Below the pieces are notes generated by a model. The model made no database searches and had not been told where the DNA came from. It saw only the letters and a list, made by a program, of their open reading frames with translations. A stretch of DNA of 64,000 nt from Planctomycetota bacterium (GTDB taxonomy: Bacteria > Planctomycetota > JAJSAM01 > JAJVHW01), in contig CBDFJG010000004.1 in the NCBI GenBank assembly GCA_965248445.1, positions 672,001-736,000 of the forward strand, in the 5' to 3' direction. A program made the translations under genes and the position numbers. Positions within the stretch are counted from its first letter, which is position 1. Every line of letters starts with the position of its first letter. Below, piece by piece: positions 49,689-58,440 of the stretch.

Positions 49689-49815
49689 GTCGTCGCGTGC
49701 AGACTACCGGGGGGACGCGGACGGGCGACGCACATCGCCCTCGCGCGGGCGAGGAGCGGCGCGGCGATCGGTTCGCGAGCGCCGTGACGCGCCGGAGCGC
49801 GAGCCATACCGAGAC

Positions 49816-49901
49816 CGGCACCAATCGGCGCACGGTGTCGCCAACACACGCTCGGCCGGCGGCGCCTTACGCAGCGAGCACCGTTGCGCCGATTGGTACC
49901 G
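49816..49901. other. Long imperfect inverted repeat downstream of pilC
   Basis: CGGCACCAATCGGCGCACGGTG ... CACCGTTGCGCCGATTGGTACCG. Confidence 0.55.
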
Positions 49902-49912
49902 CGCTCGTCGGG

Positions 49913-51049
49913 TTAACCGATCGAGTCGACGATCTTCAGCATCGGCAGGAAGATCGCGAACACGATGCAGGCCACGGCCCCGCCCATGACGACGATGAGC
50001 AACGGCTCGAGGATCGAGATCAGCGCGTTCAGCTTGACGTCCACGGCCTCGTCGTAGTTGTCGGCGATCCGGATGAGCATCTTGTCGAGTTCACCCGTCT
50101 CCTCGCCGACGTCGATCATGTTCACGACCATGTCGTCGAAGATGCCGCTCTTGCCGAGCGGCTCGGCCATGGTCTCGCCCTCCTTGATCGCGTCGTGCAC
50201 CTTCTGCACGGCGGTCTGGAGGTGGATGTTGTTGATCGAGCCCTTGCAGATCTTGAGCGCCTCGAGGATCGGGACGCCGGAGCTGAGCAGGGTTCCGAGC
50301 GTGCGCGTGAATCGCGCAACGATCGTCATCTTGACGACGGGTCCCAGCACCGGGAGGCGCAGGGCCAGGCGGTCGAAGAAGCTCCGCCCACCGGCGGAGC
50401 GGCTGATGGCCTTCAACGCGACGAAGAACAGGATGACGCCGAGAATGAGGACGATGATCCCGGGGAAGCGGAAATCGAACCACTTCGTGTCGAGCATCCA
50501 GTCCGCGAAGTCGAGGAGCACCTGTGTGATCCACGGCAGTTCGAGCGGGCGTCCGTCGGGCGTGGTGATGGTCGAGAAGACCGTCTTGAACTTGGGCACC
50601 ACGAAGACCATGATGAACATGAGCAGCGCGGTCGCGACCAGCGTCACGACGATGGGATAGAACATCGCGCCCTGGACCTTCTGGCGCAGGCGCTGGCTCT
50701 TCTCCTTGAACTCCGCCAGGCGCGCCAGGATGGTGTCGAGGATACCGCCGGCCTCGCCGGCCTTGACCATGTTGGTGTAGAGCCCGTCGAAGACGCCCGG
50801 GTGCTTGCCCATGGCCTCGGAGAGCGAGTTACCCGACTCGACGTCCTCGGTCACGCCGAGCAGCGTGCGCTTGAACGGACCGACCTTGGTCTGCCCTTCA
50901 AGGATCTTGAGCGAGCGGACGATCGGAAGACCGGCGTCTTGCAGCACGGCGAGATTCGAGGTGAACTCGGTGAGCACTCTGTCGCTCACATGGGTTTTCC
51001 CGGGCTTCGCCACCTTCCCGCCGGCACCAGATGCAGCCTTCGGCGGCAT
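49913..51049 (-). CDS. pilC: Type II secretion F / type IV pilus inner-membrane protein
   Basis: AGLPIVRSL, NMVKAGEAGG, GEETGELDKML and EPLLIV motifs. Confidence 0.92.
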   Translation of the reverse strand: MPPKAASGAGGKVAKPGKTHVSDRVLTEFTSNLAVLQDAGLPIVRSLKILEGQTKVGPFKRTLLGVTEDVESGNSLSEAMGKHPGVFDGLYTNMVKAGEAGGILDTILARLAEFKEKSQRLRQKVQGAMFYPIVVTLVATALLMFIMVFVVPKFKTVFSTITTPDGRPLELPWITQVLLDFADWMLDTKWFDFRFPGIIVLILGVILFFVALKAISRSAGGRSFFDRLALRLPVLGPVVKMTIVARFTRTLGTLLSSGVPILEALKICKGSINNIHLQTAVQKVHDAIKEGETMAEPLGKSGIFDDMVVNMIDVGEETGELDKMLIRIADNYDEAVDVKLNALISILEPLLIVVMGGAVACIVFAIFLPMLKIVDSIG

Positions 51050-51285
51050 CGTCACCTCCCTCGACAGACCACACGGTCCGCGCCGAACCCGGATGCGAAC
51101 CTCGCCCCAACCGGAGGCGCCGGAGCACACCGGGTTCCTTCATCCCACGTAGCCGGAGACTGTACCCATCGCCCCCCCAGATCGGCACGCGGAAACTTGC
51201 GTCCCGGTCGAGGCTGGCGCCGAGGCTCGACCGAGCCCGGCCCCGGAGGGACAACCCGCGCGCCGAGGAAGCCTCGGGAGGGCGC

Positions 51286-51313
51286 GCGGGCGGGGTTGGA
51301 ACCCCGCCCCTAC
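51286..51313 (-). repeat. GTAG-type REP palindrome
   Basis: Reverse complement GTAGGGGCGGGGTTCCAACCCCGCCCGC. Confidence 0.75.
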
Positions 51314-51343
51314 AGGGGGTTCGTCCTAGTTGCGTGAATCGCG

Positions 51344-52843
51344 GTAACCGTTCACCCCTTCGTCGCGAGCCAGGATCCAGATCGTTCGGCCATCGGTCGA
51401 TCAAGAGGTTGTGGGCGAGCGGCAGGACGAGGATCTGCGGGCGATGGTCGAGGGCCTTCTGGCCTGGATCGAGGAGCTGGAGCGTCGCGAAGCGAAGCAT
51501 CTGCGCCGCATCGACGAGCTCGAGTCGCGTCTGAAGCGTGACTCCCGCAACAGCTCGAGGCCTCCGTCGTCGGACCCGGCGTGGTCCAAGCGCCGTCGCG
51601 GCCGAAGGCCGCGTAGCGGTCGCCAGCAGGGCGGACAGCCGGGCCATGAGGGCACGGCGCGCGAGCTGGTGGATCCGTCCAACGTCGATGAGACCAAGGA
51701 GCACCGTCCCGACCGCTGCGACGCGTGCGGACACGACGATCTCGAGCAGGGCATCGGCGATCCGTACCGGCACCAGGTGACGGTGCTCCCGCGCGTGCTC
51801 GTCACGGTGCGGGAGCACCGGCTGCACAAGGCGCGGTGCCGGCGCTGTCGTGCGGTCACGACGGCGGTCCTGCCCGATGGCGTGCCGACCGGGGCCTTCG
51901 GTCCGCGGCTGACCACACTTGCCGGCGCGCTGCGCGGCGTGTACCGCGTGAGCGTGCGGGAGACGCAGCGGCTGCTCGGTGAGATCTTCGGTGTGAAGAT
52001 GTCGCTGGGCAAGATCAGCGACTGTGAGCGTCGGCTCAGTGACGCTCTGCACTCGTCGTACCTCGAAGCCCTCGGGGCAGTCCGCACGTCGCTGCGAGCC
52101 AACGTGGACGAGACGTCGTGGAAGGAACGGGGCCGGGTGTGCTGGCTGTGGGCGGCGGAGAGCGAGCACGCCACAGCCTTCGGGATCGATCGCCGCCGCA
52201 GTGCCAAGGCGAAAGGGCGGCTGATCGGGCGGCGCTTCGGTGGCACGGTGATCAGCGACCGGATGGGTGCCTACGAGTCACACCCACTTGCCCGCCGCCA
52301 GCTCTGCTGGGCGCACATCGAGCGCGCCTTCCGTGCGCTGGCCGAAGGCCCGCGAGGACATCGCCGCTTCGGCAACAAGGGCGTCATGATCGCGCAGTCG
52401 GTCATGCGCAGCTACCGGCTCTTCGGTGAGCACGGCGACCGTGACCGGCTGCAAGGCGAAGCCGCTGTGCTGCGCGGACGGCTCGAGCGACTGATCGCGA
52501 ACGACGACTCGGCTCTGGCCAACCATCTGCGCCCCCGCGTGGTCGCCCTCTTCACCTATGCGCGGACCCAGGACGTGAGTCCGACGAACAACGCCGCCGA
52601 GCGCGCGGTCCGCAAAGCGGTGCTCTGGCGCAAGGGCTCCTTCGGAAGCCAGTCCGCTCGCGGACTCCGCTTCGCCGAGCGCGTGTTGACCGCCGCGGCC
52701 ACGCTGCGACGCCGTGGCGACCAAGTCTTCGACTTCCTCGCCGACTCGGTCGCCGCGCACCTCACCGGCGCCGACCCGCCCGTCATGGTCCCGCTGCCCG
52801 TCGCACGCTGAGGCTCACACGCTGTCAAGGGGTGAACGGTTAC
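51344..52843 (+). mobile_element. IS66-family insertion sequence, copy 2
   Basis: 1,500 bp with the same 17-bp TIR; transposase differs from copy 1 at two visible residues (K/Q, L/R). Confidence 0.93.
51411..52811 (+). CDS. IS66 family transposase
   Basis: Same motifs as copy 1. Confidence 0.95.
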   Translation: MGERQDEDLRAMVEGLLAWIEELERREAKHLRRIDELESRLKRDSRNSSRPPSSDPAWSKRRRGRRPRSGRQQGGQPGHEGTARELVDPSNVDETKEHRPDRCDACGHDDLEQGIGDPYRHQVTVLPRVLVTVREHRLHKARCRRCRAVTTAVLPDGVPTGAFGPRLTTLAGALRGVYRVSVRETQRLLGEIFGVKMSLGKISDCERRLSDALHSSYLEALGAVRTSLRANVDETSWKERGRVCWLWAAESEHATAFGIDRRRSAKAKGRLIGRRFGGTVISDRMGAYESHPLARRQLCWAHIERAFRALAEGPRGHRRFGNKGVMIAQSVMRSYRLFGEHGDRDRLQGEAAVLRGRLERLIANDDSALANHLRPRVVALFTYARTQDVSPTNNAAERAVRKAVLWRKGSFGSQSARGLRFAERVLTAAATLRRRGDQVFDFLADSVAAHLTGADPPVMVPLPVAR

Positions 52844-53202
52844 TGATCTGCCGGGCGGAGATCGCCGCGCAAGGACAGGAGCAGCGGCGGATCCGGGAGT
52901 TCGTCGAGCGCGGCCGGCCAGCCTTCATCGCCGGGGATCAGGTGGTCGCCACCGCCGGCGGCCAGACGCTCGCACTCCCGCGCCGCCTCCCGCTCGTCCG
53001 GTGCGGCGCGGATCATCGCAGCCCGTGCGGGCCCGATCCCACGGACGCGGCCGAGCCGCGCCACGTCCGCAACGAGCACTGCACGCGGCGACCCGAGCGC
53101 GCCAACCAGGCGCGCCGCCAACCGCGGCGACACACCGTGGGCCGCGCCGAGGCGCCACCGCGCCCGCACCTCAGCCGCCCGCTCCTCCGGATGCACGTGC
53201 AA
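52844..53202 (-). pseudogene. dprA: N-terminal fragment of DNA-processing protein DprA, truncated by IS66
   Basis: GVSPR..RLVGALGSP, GIGPARA and DEGWPAALDELPDPPLLLSLRG; ends at the IS inverted repeat before the expected AIVGTR motif. Confidence 0.8.
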
Positions 53203-53268
53203 TCAGGACGCGCGGCACATGCCCGGCGTTACACGCGGCAGGACCGAGACACACGGGAGGAGCAACGA

Positions 53269-54357
53269 TCAGGCGATGAGCGCGGAGCGCAGTTCGTCAG
53301 TGGCAACCGGCACGAGTTCCGCGCCGCCGTCGCCCAGCGGGAGAACCATGAGGAGCTCCCCGCGACGGCGCTTCTTGTCAAGGCGCACGTGCTGGAGAAC
53401 GTCATCCGCGCTCACACCCTCCGGCGGTGCCGTCGGCAGATGCAGCGACGCGAGGACCTCGACCAATCTCCCCGGGAACTCACGCGCGACCATCTCGCGG
53501 GCCGCCGCGATCCGCGCGGCCACGACGAGCCCGACCGCAACCGCCTCGCCGTGGCGCAGTCCCGCGTACGCGTCCGCACGTTCGAGCGCGTGCGCGGTCG
53601 TGTGACCGAGATTGAGGAAGACCCGCTCTCCGTCGGTCTCGCGCTGATCGTCGCGCACGTGCCTCTCCTTCACGCTCACGGCCATCAGGATGGCATCGAC
53701 CATCGCGGCGGATTCCCCGTCGGCCAACTGTCCGGCCACGGAAGCCAGATCGTCCAGCGCAGCGCGGCCGGCGAGCAACGCGCACTTGACGACCTCGGCG
53801 AGTCCGGCGCGCAGCTCACGGACCTCCAGCGTCGCCAGCGTGGCCACGTCGCTCACGACAAGCCGCGGCTGGTGGAACGCTCCGACCAGGTTCTTCCCCT
53901 CGCGTCGGTCGATCGCGGTCTTTCCGCCGACCGATGAGTCCGCCATCGCGAGGACCGTGGTCGGAACCTGCACGCACGCGACGCCGCGCATCCAGGTGGC
54001 CGCGGCGAAACCCGCGACGTCCCCCACCGCGCCGCCGCCGACGGCGACGACCCCCCCGTCCCGTCCGATACCCGCGTCTGCGAGCGCGTTCCACAGTTGC
54101 TCGGCCCCAGCCACGGTCTTGGCGGCCTCGCCACGCGGAAGGACCTCGAGATGCGTCGCGAAGCCGGCCGCGTGGAGCGACGAGCGCGCAATCTCGACGT
54201 GTGGCGTGCCCGCCACTCCGGCGTCGGTTGCGACGAGCACCGGCACCGGAGCCAGCACCTCGGCAGTCAGATCACCAAGCCGCGCCAGCAGGCCGTGACC
54301 GAGCACGACGTCGTGAGGCGGGCGCACGCCAATTCGGATGCGATGCTCTGCGCTCAA
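53269..54357 (-). CDS. aroB: 3-dehydroquinate synthase
   Basis: GEAAK, GGGAVGDVAGF, VPTT, DSSVGGKT, KNLVGAFHQP, LNLGHT and HGEAV motifs. Confidence 0.95.
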   Translation of the reverse strand: MSAEHRIRIGVRPPHDVVLGHGLLARLGDLTAEVLAPVPVLVATDAGVAGTPHVEIARSSLHAAGFATHLEVLPRGEAAKTVAGAEQLWNALADAGIGRDGGVVAVGGGAVGDVAGFAAATWMRGVACVQVPTTVLAMADSSVGGKTAIDRREGKNLVGAFHQPRLVVSDVATLATLEVRELRAGLAEVVKCALLAGRAALDDLASVAGQLADGESAAMVDAILMAVSVKERHVRDDQRETDGERVFLNLGHTTAHALERADAYAGLRHGEAVAVGLVVAARIAAAREMVAREFPGRLVEVLASLHLPTAPPEGVSADDVLQHVRLDKKRRRGELLMVLPLGDGGAELVPVATDELRSALIA

Positions 54358-55778
54358 GGTGCTTGGTCCGCCCACCCCCGCTTCATGCGTCGTTCCTCGG
54401 AGCGACGGCGGACCTCGTCCTCGCGACGCTTGCCCTTGCGCCACGACATGATCAGCAATCCGAGCATGACCACCGAGCCGAGGGCCAGGAGACCGAGCAC
54501 CAGATTCAGCGACGTGCCGGTCTCGTACGGTCCGGCGTCGGTCGCGATGACGGACGTGCCGATGATCACCGGCAGCCAGTACGACTTGCCGTTGGTGCCG
54601 GTCACGTGGCGCCGCTTGAAGAAGAAGCCCTCCACCTCGACCATTCGCGCGTTCCCGAAGTCGAATGCGTCCTGAGGGAACGGTGAGAAGAACTGAACCG
54701 GGTGCACCTGGTCATCGACCAGCATCCCGCGGTAGAGCGCGTCGATGTTGCCGGGGTTCTCCTGGATGTACCGGTCCATGGCGAAGTGGTCGTGCACCGG
54801 CGCGAGCCGAAGTCGCACGAGCTGGAAGCGCCAGCGGTCGGGGTTCTGCCAGAGCGGGGTGCTGCCTTGCGTGCCAGTGAGATCGGCTACCGGCAGGTTC
54901 TCCGTGTCGCGCAGTTCGATGTACCCCTCGGGGCCGAGCTGTCGCACGAAGTTGAGCATTCCGTAGAACGGCTCGGCCTCGAAGCCCTCCGACTCCTCAG
55001 GCTTCCCGTCACGAACCTGCTCGAGCCACTCCAGACGCGGCTGCCGGTGCGTCACGGGGGCGTACGACGGGACGAGTGAACGCGTCAGGCGCACGTGCAG
55101 CATCGGACCGCCGTCTTCGTCCGGCCAGAGCTTGGTGAAGACGCCGTAGGCCTTGACCCACCGCCCCTCGGTCACTTCCTCGCGTGGTTCGTGCAGAGTC
55201 GTCACGATCCAGGGTGCGCCCGCCGCGTCGGTGATCCGGACGCGCCAGCCGATGCGCAAGCCGCTCGGGTGCTCGACGTCCACCTCCTCGTAGGAATCGA
55301 CGCGCCCCCAGATCGCCGCCAGACTCCCGCGGACGGACGCCGGATCCTCGCGCGCGTTGGGGATGTTCTCGATGCGCGGGAACACGCGCGCCGGAAGTCG
55401 CGCCAACCGGTTGCGCAGGGACGCCTCGAGCAAGAACCGCGTCCACTCGAGGTCGGTCGCGGGCGCATCATCGGCGATCACGCCGCGAGCAGCGTCGCGA
55501 GCGAACGCGAACAGCTCTTCCTGCAGTTCGCGCGAGGCCTCCTCGGGCAGCAGGCCGGCCAGGTCTCCTTCGCCGACGTGCTGCAGGTCGACGTCGCCGG
55601 CATCGCCTGTCGGCGCGTCAGCGCCGCCGCCACTGCTCCAGAGGCCGACGGCGACGAACGCGGCGACCACCACGGCGAAGGCGAAGACCATCCCGATCAC
55701 GCCGACCTTCGGCGAGAGCAGGAGTCCGGGCGGACGCGGAGCGCCGCCCCCGTCGGGGAGAGGTGGGATTGGGCTCAA
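54354..55778 (-). CDS. Hypothetical membrane protein (two TMs flanking an extracytoplasmic region)
   Basis: N- and C-terminal TMs; internal duplicated motif (GVFTK / GFFFK); coupled to aroB. Confidence 0.7.
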   Translation of the reverse strand: MSPIPPLPDGGGAPRPPGLLLSPKVGVIGMVFAFAVVVAAFVAVGLWSSGGGADAPTGDAGDVDLQHVGEGDLAGLLPEEASRELQEELFAFARDAARGVIADDAPATDLEWTRFLLEASLRNRLARLPARVFPRIENIPNAREDPASVRGSLAAIWGRVDSYEEVDVEHPSGLRIGWRVRITDAAGAPWIVTTLHEPREEVTEGRWVKAYGVFTKLWPDEDGGPMLHVRLTRSLVPSYAPVTHRQPRLEWLEQVRDGKPEESEGFEAEPFYGMLNFVRQLGPEGYIELRDTENLPVADLTGTQGSTPLWQNPDRWRFQLVRLRLAPVHDHFAMDRYIQENPGNIDALYRGMLVDDQVHPVQFFSPFPQDAFDFGNARMVEVEGFFFKRRHVTGTNGKSYWLPVIIGTSVIATDAGPYETGTSLNLVLGLLALGSVVMLGLLIMSWRKGKRREDEVRRRSEERRMKRGWADQAP

Positions 55779-55878
55779 GAGTCACCTCCGGCGGGGACCG
55801 GCCAGGCGTGTCTCACCATATCAGTTGGCGGCCGGGTGCGTTGTTCCTGCCTGCCGGGCAGGCGGCGAGACTGCGGCG

Positions 55879-57231
55879 GTGAGCGAATTCGCGACCTTCG
55901 ACGATGCGTTCGCCTGGCTGGCGTCCCACACCAACTACGAGAAGCAGTCCCATGTCACGTACGACGAGCGGACGTACGGTCTCGCACGCGTCGAACGTCT
56001 TCTGTCATCCGTGGGCCACCCCGACCGGCGGATGGACGTCGTGCAAATCGTGGGGAGCAAGGGGAAGGGCAGCACAGCAACGCTGCTCGCCGCGGCACTG
56101 ACCGCCGGGGGACGCAGGACCGGACTGTTCACGTCCCCCCACCTCGCGCATCCGAGGGAGAGGGTCCGGGTGAACGGTGCTCCGGTGGACGACCAACGGA
56201 TGCGCGACCGCCTGGGGTTCCTGCGCGCACACGCCGAACGGGCGATCGCGGCCGGAGAACCGCTCACGTTCTTCGAGCTGCACACGACCGCGGCGTTGCT
56301 GGCAATGGAGGACGACGGCTGCGACGCGGTCGTCCTCGAAGCCGGCATGGGCGGACGGCTGGATGCGACGACGGCAGCGCACGCGATCGGCGTCGTGCTG
56401 ACCACGATCTCACTGGATCACACGAAGCAACTGGGAACGGACCTCGCGTCGATCGCAGCCGAGAAGGCCGCAGCAGCGCGAACCGGACGCCCCTTCATCT
56501 GCGGTGAGGCGCCGGGCACGGATGCACACACTGCGGTCACGGCGGTCTGCGGCACCCGCGATGCACCGGTCATCACGCGCGCGCTGGACTTCGACGCCGA
56601 GTTCATCGCCCACGAGCTGGACGAGACGGCGCTCGCAGGAACCACGGTCTTCCGCTACCTCCGCCGCGGCGAAAACCCGGTCGAACTGACCGCGGGAATG
56701 GCGGGGGCGCACCAGGCTGCCAACGCGTCGCTCGCCGCCACCGCAGCTCTCCGACTCCCCTGGCGCGAGGGTCCGCCGTCGCTCGACGAAGTGCGTTCCG
56801 GGCTGGCCACCGGGTGCATCCGCGCGCGGCTCGAGCCGGTCGCGGCGCGCCCGCTCGTCGTCATCGACGGCGCCCACACGCCACGCAGCCTCGAAGTCCT
56901 CTCCGTGGCGGTGGCGGACTTGGTGGAGCGCCGACCGTGCGTGTTCGTGATCGCGATGAACGGCGACAAGGACGTGGAGGACGGACTCCGCTTCGTCGCG
57001 CGCGTGGCAGATCACGTCGTGGCGTGCACCGTGGGCGAACAGCGGTCAGCCGACCCCGCGCGGATCGCCGACGCGGCGCGCGCTGCGGGCACGGCTGCAC
57101 AGGAGGCCCCCGATCCGGCGGCCGCGCTGGCCCGCGCGAGAGAACTGGCGGGGCCGGACGGCGCGGTGATCGTGACCGGGAGCCTCTACCTCTGCGGCGC
57201 GCTGATCTCGGAGGCGTTCCCGGCTAGTTGA
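55879..57231 (+). CDS. folC: Folylpolyglutamate/dihydrofolate synthase
   Basis: GSKGKGST, FTSPHL, ER, TFFE, EAGMGGRLDAT, DH, EK, DGAHT and TGSLY motifs. Confidence 0.93.
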   Translation: MSEFATFDDAFAWLASHTNYEKQSHVTYDERTYGLARVERLLSSVGHPDRRMDVVQIVGSKGKGSTATLLAAALTAGGRRTGLFTSPHLAHPRERVRVNGAPVDDQRMRDRLGFLRAHAERAIAAGEPLTFFELHTTAALLAMEDDGCDAVVLEAGMGGRLDATTAAHAIGVVLTTISLDHTKQLGTDLASIAAEKAAAARTGRPFICGEAPGTDAHTAVTAVCGTRDAPVITRALDFDAEFIAHELDETALAGTTVFRYLRRGENPVELTAGMAGAHQAANASLAATAALRLPWREGPPSLDEVRSGLATGCIRARLEPVAARPLVVIDGAHTPRSLEVLSVAVADLVERRPCVFVIAMNGDKDVEDGLRFVARVADHVVACTVGEQRSADPARIADAARAAGTAAQEAPDPAAALARARELAGPDGAVIVTGSLYLCGALISEAFPAS

Positions 57232-58372
57232 CGAGCGAGAGGATCTTCTCGCCGTACTTCTCCGCTCGCTGCGGTCCGACGCCCTCGGTCGCCGCCAGCT
57301 CCTCGAGCGTGCTCGGACGTTCCCGCGCCACCCAGAACATCGCGTAGTTCGGGAGAATCGCCATCGTCGTCACATCGATCTTCTCGCTCGTCGCGTTCCG
57401 CCAATCCCGCAACCGGCCGAGCCGGCGCTGGCCGTGGAAGTCGAGCCGACGGGCCGGGTCGCCCTGCTTCGGCGGGCGGCGGGGCGGCGTCTCGCGGCGC
57501 CGCCCCCGCGTCACGGCTTTGAGGACGTCGCGCCCCATGCGAGCCATGACGAACGACGACACACCTTTCAGCGACTTCAGCGTCGCCATGTCTTCGGGGA
57601 GCACGCGGGAAATGCGCAACATCGAGTCGGTCGACAGCACCTTGAACGCCGGGCGATCTAGCTTGCGCGCGTGCTTGTCACGCACCGCGTGCAACTCCAC
57701 CAGCACCGACTGCTCCTCGGGCGCTAGGTTGCGGGAGCCCTTGATCCGCGTCCAGCCGTGCGGGTCGAACACGCGCTCGTTCCCCTCTCGGCGCGACAGG
57801 CGCTCGAACTCGATCCGCGCCTCCTGCTCCAGGCCGGCCTCGCGCAGCCGCTCTGCCTGGATGCGGTACAGCTCGACCAGGTACTTGACGTCGAGGTAGC
57901 TGTACTCGATCTGCTGCGGTGACAGCGGACGGCGGCCCCAGTCCGTGCGGGTCTGACCCTTGCTCAGTTGCACGTCGAAGAAACGGTCCACCAGATCGCG
58001 CAGGGAGAGCCTCTCATCGCCGAGCAACTGCGCCGCGATCATCGTGTCGAAGATCCCGTCGAAATCGAACGCGAAGTCCCGCCGCAGGCTCATCACGTCG
58101 AAGTCGGCGCCGTGGAACACGCACGTGATCGCCGGATCCGCCAGCGGCCGGCCGAGGGCGCCCAGATCCAGTGAGAGCGGGTCGACGATGAACGCGTCGC
58201 CAGCGTCCGTGGCGAGCTGCACGAGGCAGACCTTCTCGAAGTACGAGTGCATGCTGTCCGCCTCGGTGTCGACGGCGAGCACGCTGCACTGGGAGATGAC
58301 GCCCGCGACGCTCTCCCACGCGGATTCCCGGTCCACGTACTCGAAGACGTGGTCGGACTCTGGTTCGGACAT
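57224..58372 (-). CDS. rnd: Ribonuclease D (3'-5' exonuclease plus two HRDC domains)
   Basis: AVDTEAD, CLVQ, HGADFD, FDTMIAA and TDWGRRPLS motifs. Confidence 0.92.
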   Translation of the reverse strand: MSEPESDHVFEYVDRESAWESVAGVISQCSVLAVDTEADSMHSYFEKVCLVQLATDAGDAFIVDPLSLDLGALGRPLADPAITCVFHGADFDVMSLRRDFAFDFDGIFDTMIAAQLLGDERLSLRDLVDRFFDVQLSKGQTRTDWGRRPLSPQQIEYSYLDVKYLVELYRIQAERLREAGLEQEARIEFERLSRREGNERVFDPHGWTRIKGSRNLAPEEQSVLVELHAVRDKHARKLDRPAFKVLSTDSMLRISRVLPEDMATLKSLKGVSSFVMARMGRDVLKAVTRGRRRETPPRRPPKQGDPARRLDFHGQRRLGRLRDWRNATSEKIDVTTMAILPNYAMFWVARERPSTLEELAATEGVGPQRAEKYGEKILSLVN

Positions 58373-58440
58373 GGCCGGGGAGTCTACCCAGCGGACCGAC
58401 GGTGCCCGATTCGTGCCGCGCCGGGCGCGTCAGTCCCGAT

